This document shows positions 27,323 through 34,817 of a DNA stretch of 50,952 bases, one piece after another; position 1 is the stretch's first letter; every line of letters begins with the position of its first letter. The DNA is from Clostridia bacterium. GTDB lineage: Bacteria > Bacillota > Clostridia > Oscillospirales > CAG-272. The position numbers were made by a program, and so were the translations under genes. The stretch spans positions 1-50,952 of the forward strand of contig CAADYN010000127.1 of assembly GCA_900753285.1 (NCBI GenBank), written 5' to 3'. The notes below the pieces were generated by a model. The model was not told the DNA's origin. It ran no database searches and saw only the letters and a program-made list of their open reading frames with translations.

Positions 27323-27700
27323 TTTGTGTGGCGAAAACGGGAGTGATCCTTGACAACCGAATATCCATTCGCCAAATACTTCCTCTTTGTGATTGTGATG
27401 AGCATAAGCGTGTGCAGCGGTACGCCAAGACCTGTTAAGAAGCAGCGAGCGATGAAAGGGGGTGATCTCATTCATTACCGACTGAAAATATCGGATTGCT
27501 TCCGATTTCGCCATAACCCACAAAGAGAATAATGGTACTCCCGTCCAGTCACAGTCCGAGCGTGATAAAACCGTCGCAGGCAATGAGGGCGGCTCTGGCA
27601 GACCGTCAGAGGGGTGGAACTCCCGTGGTGTCAGTTCGCTACTGACCGTTTGGCGACTTCCCATAGCATTTCGGGGTGTCGAGGACAAATTGAAATGCTC
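27323..27700 (+). other. GC-rich ORF-free segment with many complementary blocks: candidate structured RNA of unknown class (strand not established)
   Basis: Hand counts give 62% and 60% GC for lines 27541 and 27601, against 28-37% for neighbouring cargo lines. No protein-like ORF is present. See the findings for the helix list. Confidence 0.3.
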
Positions 27701-27839
27701 CTATCATAAAGCCAGATAAAAGGTAGTCATAGGAACAGAGATTTTGTTTATACTCTCCCGACCTTAAATACTTCCTTTTGTTTGGCTGCCTACATAGGCA
27801 GAACATACCTGCCTAAATAAATCTGGGAGGTCAAACATA

Positions 27840-28205
27840 ATGGAAAGAAAAATCAAGCGTGGAGATATTTACTACGCAAATCTAAATCCTGTTATCGGCT
27901 CGGAGCAAGGCGGAACAAGACCTGTACTTATCATTTCAAACGATGTCGGCAATAAGCATAGCCCTACGGTCATTGTCGCACCCATCACAAGCCGAATACA
28001 CACTAAAGCAAAATTGCCGACACACACTTTAATCAATGATTTTGAAGGTTTGGATAAGAACTCAATTATCCTGTTTGAACAAATCCGCACCATAGACAAA
28101 CAACGCCTGCGTAAATATGTTGGTATGCTATCCACAGTCATAATGGCAAGAGCCGATAAAGCTCTTGCCATTAGTATTTCTTTGAGGGAGGTCAATAATG
28201 AATGA
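27840..28205 (+). CDS. mazF: MazF/PemK (EndoA-like) endoribonuclease toxin
   Basis: IKRGDIYYANLNPVIGSEQGGTRPVLIISNDVGNKHSPTVIVAPITS...KLPTHT...IILFEQIRTIDKQRL closely parallels B. subtilis EndoA/NdoA (from memory). GGGAGG RBS upstream. Confidence 0.9.
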   Translation: MERKIKRGDIYYANLNPVIGSEQGGTRPVLIISNDVGNKHSPTVIVAPITSRIHTKAKLPTHTLINDFEGLDKNSIILFEQIRTIDKQRLRKYVGMLSTVIMARADKALAISISLREVNNE

Positions 28206-28335
28206 AATTAAGGTAGATAAAAATGTAGCGGCTCTGAAACTCATTGAGATACTTCTTGAAAAAGGAATGATAAATCAAGCCACATATACAAATATCGTGA
28301 AACACGCAAATTCGCACATTTCACAGGCGGCTTGA
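28198..28335 (+). CDS. 45 aa ORF overlapping the mazF stop. It could be an atypical downstream antitoxin, or a recombinase accessory factor (RDF or TnpW-like).
   Basis: ATG 28198 lies 6 nt after GGGAGG (28186-28191), with an 8 nt overlap with mazF. Sequence MNEIKVDKNVAALKLIEILLEKGMINQATYTNIVKH is SHOCT-like and helical. It is not in the ORF track. Confidence 0.5.
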   Translation: MNEIKVDKNVAALKLIEILLEKGMINQATYTNIVKHANSHISQAA

Positions 28336-28380
28336 TAATCAGTACAATATATTCAGAAAAATGAATTGGAGGTATGCTTA

Positions 28381-30198
28381 ATGAACACAGCAGTAAATGA
28401 ATATAATTACAGATTTAAGCTCACAGATTATTCTCTGTTTGACAGAAACAGAGCCAGAAAAGTTGCTATTTATGGTCGTGTTTCAACAGAACACGAAGCA
28501 CAGTTATCTGCATTGGAAAATCAGTTACAATGGTATGATGACCAAGTAAAATATCATCCGAACTGGACGGTCTGTGAACGATATATTGATGAAGGTATCA
28601 CGGGAACACAGGCAAAAAAACGCCCTGCCTTTTTGAAAATGATTGAAGATGCCAAGCAAGGTAAATTTGATTTAATTGTTACCAGAGAGGTATGCCGTTT
28701 TGCACGAAATGTTGTGGATACCCTTGTTGTTACAAGAGAGTTAAAAGGCATAGGCGTTGAGGTGTTTTTTATCGACGATAATATTTGGACAATGGACGGA
28801 GATGGAGAACTGCGGCTATCTCTTATGGCAACATTGGCACAGGAAGAAAGTCGCAAGACTTCCGAGCGTGTAAAAGCAGGTCAGAAAATCAGCCGTGATA
28901 ATGGTGTTCTCTATGGAAACGGTAATATTTTAGGTTATGACCGTGTTGGAGATACCTATGTTATCAATGAGGAACAGGCAGAAACGGTCAGAATGATATA
29001 TGATTTGTATCTGCAAGGTTATGGCTCGATGAAAATCGCAAAGATTTTGACGGAGCGAAAAAGGAAAACAGCTTCTGGACTTATAAAGTGGAGCGTTTCA
29101 AATATTATGAGAGCGATTAAAAATGCCACTTACAAAGGAACAAAGTGTTACAACAAATCCAGAAGCAATAACTTTTTAGAGCAGAAGCGAATAAACAATC
29201 TTGATATGTCCACTTATGAATATGTTGAGGGTGATTTCCCTTCTATTATTTCTCAAGAGATATGGAATAAAGCACAGGCGATAAGGGAAAGTAGAGTAAA
29301 ACCTGTATGTGTATCGGCAGGGAAAAACACACATAGTAAGCGTGATTCACGAGATATATGGGTCAATAAGCTACGTTGTTCCTGCGGCTCATCATACCGT
29401 AAAAATAAATGGCATACGAAATTGGACGGAAAAACCTCTTACGGTTATCAATGCTACAATCAGCTTAACAACGGAATTAAACGGAAAAGAGCTGAAATCG
29501 GTTTAGATACTGAGGGATATTGTGACAGCAGAATGATAACCGATTGGAAACTCGATTTTATGGCAAAAGCTTTGTTAGAGCATCTCTGGACGGAGAGAAA
29601 AGAGTCTGTACTGATTGCGTTAGACCTTATTAAGTATTATTATAAGGAAGAAAAATCTAACGAAACTCAATCCGATACGGTAACGATACAGGCGAAATTG
29701 GATAAGGCAAATAGCAGACTGACTAACTTGATTGCTATGAGAGCTGATGGAGAGATTTCCAAGGACGAGTATCAAGCAATGAGAAGTCCTGTCGATGAAG
29801 AAATCAAGAAACTTCAAAAAGCACTTGATGAAATTCCACAGGAAAAAAGCAATCCGAAAGGATTGGATATAGAGGGTATCCGTTCCACTCTGAACAGCTT
29901 TATTGATTTTAGTGGTAGCACTATCAGCCACGATGTTGTCAATCAGTTTGTATATCTGATAACACCGACATCGGATACTACATTTGATTGGTATGTTAAT
30001 CTGAATGGGACAGCAGATGTGAAAGCAACCTTTACAGCGGAAGGCAGAAAGAAAAACTGCATTATCAAATTGGAGGAAATCGAAAAGATTTCCTCGGTAC
30101 ATAGGGAAAAGAATGAGGACAATGCTCATTTCATTAAAAACCCCCATATTTTTACCTATCTGCACAGGCTGCCCTCAGATAAGCTCGCGGCAAGCTGA
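28381..30198 (+). CDS. Large serine recombinase (ICE integrase)
   Basis: VAIYGRVSTEHEAQLSALENQ (catalytic Ser), VTREVCRFARN, a recombinase domain, a Cys-rich zinc ribbon (CSCGSSYRKNKW...YQCYNQ) and a coiled-coil C-terminus. ATG follows GGAGG. Confidence 0.9.
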   Translation: MNTAVNEYNYRFKLTDYSLFDRNRARKVAIYGRVSTEHEAQLSALENQLQWYDDQVKYHPNWTVCERYIDEGITGTQAKKRPAFLKMIEDAKQGKFDLIVTREVCRFARNVVDTLVVTRELKGIGVEVFFIDDNIWTMDGDGELRLSLMATLAQEESRKTSERVKAGQKISRDNGVLYGNGNILGYDRVGDTYVINEEQAETVRMIYDLYLQGYGSMKIAKILTERKRKTASGLIKWSVSNIMRAIKNATYKGTKCYNKSRSNNFLEQKRINNLDMSTYEYVEGDFPSIISQEIWNKAQAIRESRVKPVCVSAGKNTHSKRDSRDIWVNKLRCSCGSSYRKNKWHTKLDGKTSYGYQCYNQLNNGIKRKRAEIGLDTEGYCDSRMITDWKLDFMAKALLEHLWTERKESVLIALDLIKYYYKEEKSNETQSDTVTIQAKLDKANSRLTNLIAMRADGEISKDEYQAMRSPVDEEIKKLQKALDEIPQEKSNPKGLDIEGIRSTLNSFIDFSGSTISHDVVNQFVYLITPTSDTTFDWYVNLNGTADVKATFTAEGRKKNCIIKLEEIEKISSVHREKNEDNAHFIKNPHIFTYLHRLPSDKLAAS

Positions 30199-30218
30199 TT
30201 CTTAAATAAACAAAAAAT

Positions 30219-30256
30219 CACGACCTCACGGAAGAAATTCTATGGGGTCGTTTTTT
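30219..30256 (+). terminator. Terminator-like hairpin with a T6 run
   Basis: ACGACC (30220-30225) pairs with GGTCGT (30246-30251), followed by TTTTT. Confidence 0.5.
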
Positions 30257-30340
30257 GCGCTGCATTTCAGTCACATTGCATAAATTACGTTCACCATATC
30301 CGCCGAATCCGACAAAGTTTTCTTGAATTTCGTTTTCTTC

Positions 30341-30369
30341 TTGAACAAAAGCGGAATTTATGCTATCCT
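30341..30369 (+). promoter_or_regulatory. Sigma-70-type promoter for the ABC exporter operon
   Basis: TTGAAC (30341-30346), 17 nt spacer, then TGcTATCCT (-10 at 30364-30369). Confidence 0.5.
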
Positions 30370-30402
30370 ATAAGCATCAAAATCTAAACGCAGGTGACTA
30401 CA

Positions 30403-32172
30403 ATGAAGCTTCACAAAAAGATACTGTTCCTGCTGAGTAACGCATGGAAAAGCGCAAAGGGGTACGTTCTCGTTTCAGGCGCGGCGAATATTTTTCGGGC
30501 TGTTCTGTCATTCGGCAGCATAGTCGGTATCGGACTTGTCGTTGACGCGCTCGTTTCAGGACAAAGCTCATCGCAAATCCTTACGCTCATCATCATTTTT
30601 ACCTCCGTCAATTTGGCAATTTCGGTAGTAAAAGAGCTGCTGACCCTCGCGACGGACTACATGGGACGAAAGGCGACGAACACCGCGCAGTATATGTACG
30701 CACAGGATTCGGTCAACGTGAACTACCACTACGCACAGGACGGAACTATTCTCGACTTGAAGAGAAAATCAATGGTGGCTCTGCCCGCGTTTTACATCGA
30801 CCATTTGGGGGATATGGTGAGATATATCGTCCAGTTTTTCGGCGTCATCACCATCGTATCGCATTTCAGTCCGCTGTTCTTGCTCATCCTTGCCGCAACC
30901 TCAGCCGCGTCCGTTTATTTTATCTTCCAGACGAAAAAGGACGAGCTCGCGTTCCAAAACGAAAAGGTGCAGGACGACCGCAAGCTCGATTACCTCTATC
31001 TCGTCATGACGGACTACAGCTACGCGAAGGAAGTCAGGATAAACCGCGCGGAAGACTACGCCGTGAACAAGTACGACGGAATCATGCAGGGACAGTTCAA
31101 GAGACTGAAAAACCTGCTCTACCGAAGAATGAAGATAAACATCGGCAGTACGGTCATAGCAGTCGCGCAGACGGTTCTCATGTATCTTTATTTCTCGTAT
31201 ATGGCGTTTTCCGGTCGCATTTCCATCTCCGAATACACGGTACTTTTGGGAAGCACTACTCTGTTTGTCTCCCTGATTTTAGGCTTTTTCGAGAAAATCG
31301 CGCTCTTCGGCAGAACTCTAAAGGTTCTCGACTGCTATTTTGAATACCGCGACACACTCACCGCCGGAAGCAATATTCACGCGAGCAACGCACTGCCACA
31401 CAAGGATATAGACTTCTCGCACCCGATAATACGGTTTGAAAATGTCTCCTTTGCATATCCGAAAACCGAAAAAACGGTGCTGAAAAACATAAACTTAGAG
31501 CTTAGACCGAGCGAAAGAGTGGGGCTTGTCGGACTGAACGGCTCAGGAAAAACCACACTTGTAAAGCTGCTCACCCGTCTGTACGACCCCACCGAGGGAA
31601 GAATCACGCTGAACGGAGTGGACATCAGGGAAATTCCGTATGAGCAGTACGCCGCGAAAATCGGTATCGTTTTGCAGGATTACTACCTGTTCGCGTATTC
31701 CGTGAAGGAGAACGTCGTTTTGGACGCGCCTTTTGATGAAGAAAAGCTATCATTGTGCCTGAAAAAGAGCGGAAGCGACAAGAAAATCGAAAGCCTGCCG
31801 AACGGGATAGATACTTCCATCTCAAAAACGCTCGACAACGACGGAATCGAATTCTCGGGCGGCGAAGGGCAGAAGTTAGCCTTAGCGAGGGCGATATACA
31901 AGGATGCTCCGATTCTTGTTTTGGATGAGCCGACAAGTGCGCTTGACCCGATAGCGGAATACGAGCTGTTCTCGCGGCTTGACGAGCTTTCGGAAAACAA
32001 ACTCGCGCTGTTCATTTCTCACAGGCTGTCGAGCACAAAATTCTGCGACAGGATAATCGTGCTCTCCGACGGAAAAATCACCGAAACAGGCTGTCACGAC
32101 GATTTGATGCGTAGGCAGGGTGAGTATTATGAGCTGTTTAATTCACAGGCGAAATACTACAAGGAGGGCTGA
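30403..32172 (+). CDS. ABC exporter, fused TMD-NBD half transporter (subunit 1 of a heterodimer)
   Basis: Six TM helices, then Walker A GLNGSGKTT, signature FSGGEGQKLALARA and Walker B ILVLDEPTSALD. Confidence 0.9.
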   Translation: MKLHKKILFLLSNAWKSAKGYVLVSGAANIFRAVLSFGSIVGIGLVVDALVSGQSSSQILTLIIIFTSVNLAISVVKELLTLATDYMGRKATNTAQYMYAQDSVNVNYHYAQDGTILDLKRKSMVALPAFYIDHLGDMVRYIVQFFGVITIVSHFSPLFLLILAATSAASVYFIFQTKKDELAFQNEKVQDDRKLDYLYLVMTDYSYAKEVRINRAEDYAVNKYDGIMQGQFKRLKNLLYRRMKINIGSTVIAVAQTVLMYLYFSYMAFSGRISISEYTVLLGSTTLFVSLILGFFEKIALFGRTLKVLDCYFEYRDTLTAGSNIHASNALPHKDIDFSHPIIRFENVSFAYPKTEKTVLKNINLELRPSERVGLVGLNGSGKTTLVKLLTRLYDPTEGRITLNGVDIREIPYEQYAAKIGIVLQDYYLFAYSVKENVVLDAPFDEEKLSLCLKKSGSDKKIESLPNGIDTSISKTLDNDGIEFSGGEGQKLALARAIYKDAPILVLDEPTSALDPIAEYELFSRLDELSENKLALFISHRLSSTKFCDRIIVLSDGKITETGCHDDLMRRQGEYYELFNSQAKYYKEG

Positions 32173-32175
32173 GAA

Positions 32176-34038
32176 GTGGGAAAGATAAACGACAAACTGA
32201 AAGATACTCTGAATAAATCGGAATTTTGCGATAAAAGGCTAAAATATAGGGGCTTTTGTCGCAAAATAACCTTAAATCAGAGGCTTCTTAGAACTCCGCT
32301 GGAAATCGTGAAAATCATCGCGGAATACGAGCCGACGTACTTTGCCTTCTCCGTTCCGCAGATTATAGTGAGCGCATTCCTGACCCTTGCGGCTGTCTAT
32401 TTTCCGAAGCTGATAATCGAGCGGCTCATGGGCGGGCAGTCTTATTCCGCGTCGCTTTCCGTAATACTCGGCTATGCAACAGTGCTTCTCCTGCTGAAGG
32501 TCGGCGAGGTCGTACTGAGGAACAAAAGCAGTCTCCGCGCGGCGATGTTTTCTTCAAAGATAAGAAAAAAAGTCGGTCAAAACTCTATGCACACCGAACT
32601 TAGCGCGATTGAAGACCCGACGACACGCGACATCATTCGTTTAGCCGGACGCGCCGCAGACCTCACAAGCACGATGGGAACGGTCGAGGGAATCATCTCC
32701 GACGTGATAGCGATTCTCGGACTGGCATGGATTGTAGTTCGCCTTGACTTTTTGTTCATCCTTTTGGTGCTCCTGACCCTCACCGCGAAAGCTGTATTTG
32801 TAAGGATAGAATACCACTTCGCACAAAAAAGCAGAACTCTCGAGGCGGAGAACAACCGAAACGGGGATTATCTTAACTACATCTCCTATTTTAGCGAAGG
32901 TGCCGAGAAGGAAATACGCCTGAACAACCTGCAAAACCGATTCATGCAGAAGGTGGCGAAATACAGAAACACCATGCTCGGCATCGAATACAAGGAGTAC
33001 AAAAGGTCCGCGCTTTCGGGTATTTTAATGGCAGTGCTCGTCGGCGTGCAGACCTTCCTACTCATCTGGATTCTCTCGAAGAGATACCTGGACGGCGTAA
33101 TTTCGATAGCGGACTTCACGATGTATTTTTCAGCCGTGACAATGCTCTCCGCGCAGCTCTCCTCCGTCAGCGACAAAATAGGACGGTACAACAGGCAGGC
33201 GCTTGACATTGCCGAATACAACAAGCTGCTGACGGCGGTGAAGGAAAACTACTCCGAAGAAAGTTCTGACGAGAGCGTTCCCGCGTCCGAAGAAACTGAA
33301 ATCGTGTTCCATGACGTCTCTTTCGCCTACCCCAACACGGACAAAACGGTGCTTGAGCATATAAGCATCACCATATCGGACAGAGAAAAGCTCGTGATAG
33401 TGGGAGAGAACGGCTCGGGAAAAAGCACATTTATAAAGCTCCTGTGCAAATTCTATCGCCCGACTGCGGGAAAAATTACGCTGAACGGAGTGGACATATG
33501 GGATATACCGAACGACAGCTATTTTCAGACGATATCCGCGGTATTTCAGGACTTCAAGAATTTCTCGTTCACTGTCAGAGAAAACATCACGATGAGCGAG
33601 AGCGGAGACGACAAGGCTGTTGACAAAGCAGTGGAGACGACCGGACTCACGGAATGCGTAGAAAAGCTGCCGAACGGACTTGACACATACCTCACGCGCC
33701 AGTTTGACACGGACGGAACGGAGCTTTCGGGAGGACAGGCACAAAAGCTGGCAATAGCGCGCGCCATGTACAAAGGCTCTCCCATTCTGGTGCTCGACGA
33801 ACCTACGGCAAACCTTGACCCGAAAGCCGAGAGCGAGATTTACATGGATCTTTTCAGCGCGGCGAAGGACAAGACCACGATATTTATCTCTCACCGTCTC
33901 GCGGCGTCCTCTGTTGCTGACAAAATCGCGGTTTTCTGTGAGGGAAAAATCATAGAATACGGCACGCACGACTCTCTCATGGCACAAAACGGCAGATATT
34001 CCGAAATGTACCGCAAGCAAAGCCGAGAATATATCTAA
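32176..34038 (+). CDS. ABC exporter, fused TMD-NBD half transporter (subunit 2)
   Basis: GTG start after AGGAGGG. GENGSGKST, LSGGQAQKLAIARA and ILVLDEPTANLD. Confidence 0.9.
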   Translation: MGKINDKLKDTLNKSEFCDKRLKYRGFCRKITLNQRLLRTPLEIVKIIAEYEPTYFAFSVPQIIVSAFLTLAAVYFPKLIIERLMGGQSYSASLSVILGYATVLLLLKVGEVVLRNKSSLRAAMFSSKIRKKVGQNSMHTELSAIEDPTTRDIIRLAGRAADLTSTMGTVEGIISDVIAILGLAWIVVRLDFLFILLVLLTLTAKAVFVRIEYHFAQKSRTLEAENNRNGDYLNYISYFSEGAEKEIRLNNLQNRFMQKVAKYRNTMLGIEYKEYKRSALSGILMAVLVGVQTFLLIWILSKRYLDGVISIADFTMYFSAVTMLSAQLSSVSDKIGRYNRQALDIAEYNKLLTAVKENYSEESSDESVPASEETEIVFHDVSFAYPNTDKTVLEHISITISDREKLVIVGENGSGKSTFIKLLCKFYRPTAGKITLNGVDIWDIPNDSYFQTISAVFQDFKNFSFTVRENITMSESGDDKAVDKAVETTGLTECVEKLPNGLDTYLTRQFDTDGTELSGGQAQKLAIARAMYKGSPILVLDEPTANLDPKAESEIYMDLFSAAKDKTTIFISHRLAASSVADKIAVFCEGKIIEYGTHDSLMAQNGRYSEMYRKQSREYI

Positions 34039-34041
34039 AAC

Positions 34042-34090
34042 AAATCCGCACCTTGAAGAAATCAGACAACGGTTTCACAGGTGCGGATTT
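34042..34090. terminator. Bidirectional terminator
   Basis: AAATCCGCACC (34042-34052) pairs with GGTGCGGATTT (34080-34090), flanked by A and T runs. Confidence 0.7.
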
Positions 34091-34091
34091 T

Positions 34092-34694
34092 TCATATTCT
34101 CTCGAAGCAGGATTTACTACAGTTGTACAAATACCCACGATAGTCGAAGGTGGTATAGTCGGCTTTGGTTTTCGCGTTATAACAGTTTCCGAAGATGAGC
34201 AGATACTCTTCCCCGCCGAGCGCAAAAGCCTTGACCTCACGCATCCATTTGGCGATAAAGGCGAGCTTTTTCCATTCCGCAGTGTCGCGCTCGTCGCATG
34301 TGGAGTAGCTTATGACGACTTTCAGGGGACATTTGACGTGGATGAGCTTCATAATCTCGTCAGTCCAGTCCTTTCGCGAGTTCTCGTGCTCTACCGCCGC
34401 CATTAAATCCCACAAATGCGCGCTCAGATTCAAACCATGCGCTTCCTCTTCCATCTCGTGATACCGCGTAACCCAGCCGACCGTGTCAATGCGGAAATAC
34501 TCGTGCTGTGCCGTCATGCCGTTTTCACTGATGATTTTATGCACAATATACTTGTTGACAAGCTCCGTGTACGCCATTTCGTTGTTTCGGTATAGGTCAA
34601 GATACGTCGCCTTCCCCCACTCCATCGGAAATGACGGGAGCATATCCTCTGTCACGAGCGTCTCTTCCCTCGCTTCACTCCTTTTTTCATTCAC
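34092..34694 (-). CDS. Hypothetical protein, possibly with a PD-(D/E)xK-like fold
   Basis: 200 aa ORF with host-like codon usage. YFRIDTVGW ... AAVEHENS ... DEIMKL is spaced like a nuclease D...E.E/K core. This is weak, motif-only evidence. Confidence 0.5.
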   Translation of the reverse strand: MNEKRSEAREETLVTEDMLPSFPMEWGKATYLDLYRNNEMAYTELVNKYIVHKIISENGMTAQHEYFRIDTVGWVTRYHEMEEEAHGLNLSAHLWDLMAAVEHENSRKDWTDEIMKLIHVKCPLKVVISYSTCDERDTAEWKKLAFIAKWMREVKAFALGGEEYLLIFGNCYNAKTKADYTTFDYRGYLYNCSKSCFERI

Positions 34695-34759
34695 TTACAG
34701 TATAGCACATCCCGCCGCCGCATAAAAGCTACTCCGCCGTATTTTTATGAAAAATTGCA

Positions 34760-34788
34760 TTGACATCACCAAACTCCTGCGGTAAAAT
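34760..34788 (+). promoter_or_regulatory. Sigma-70-type promoter
   Basis: TTGACA (34760-34765), 17 nt spacer, TAAAAT (34783-34788). Confidence 0.6.
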
Positions 34789-34817
34789 ATAGTTATCGTG
34801 TGCGAGGTGGTGAAAAT

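Larger units (their letters stand above)
1..30200. mobile_element. Partial integrative conjugative element (Firmicutes MPF type, serine-recombinase class). The right end is near 30.2 kb and the left end is off-window.
   Basis: Co-linear relaxase, T4CP, VirB4, VirB6-like, PrgI, Maff2 and CHAP hydrolase genes. A large serine recombinase is the last gene. Base composition and codon style change abruptly just after its stop codon (30198). Confidence 0.8.

Noticed and set aside
27299-27688. 129 aa minus-strand ORF, plus the 82 aa (27223-27471, minus) and 60 aa (27350-27532, plus) ORFs inside the GC-rich island
   Set aside because: They have no RBS, a Ser/Pro/Arg/His-rich low-complexity composition and no recognisable motif. 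They overlap one another in a region that is better explained as non-coding GC-rich sequence.
27560-27830. Possible cobalamin riboswitch upstream of mazF. GGGGTGGAACTCCC resembles GGUGnAAnUCC, CGCTACTGA resembles GCnACUGU, and GGCAGAACATACCTGCC (27798-27813) resembles a B12 box.
   Set aside because: The invariant AGGGAA junction 5' of the GGUG loop is absent. The spacing to the B12-box-like element (about 200 nt) is too long. I could not draw the P3-P6 four-way junction. The similarity is probably chance. cmscan with RF00174 would settle it.
33130-34020. 296 aa minus-strand ORF. Similar long antisense ORFs lie at 36275-36931, 43308-44036, 6281-6973 and 41261-41854.
   Set aside because: Each lies entirely antisense to a strongly supported gene (ABC exporter, DUF5131, GH38, ArdC-like, MFS). 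Their Arg/Val/His-rich translations are typical of shadow frames in GC-rich coding DNA.
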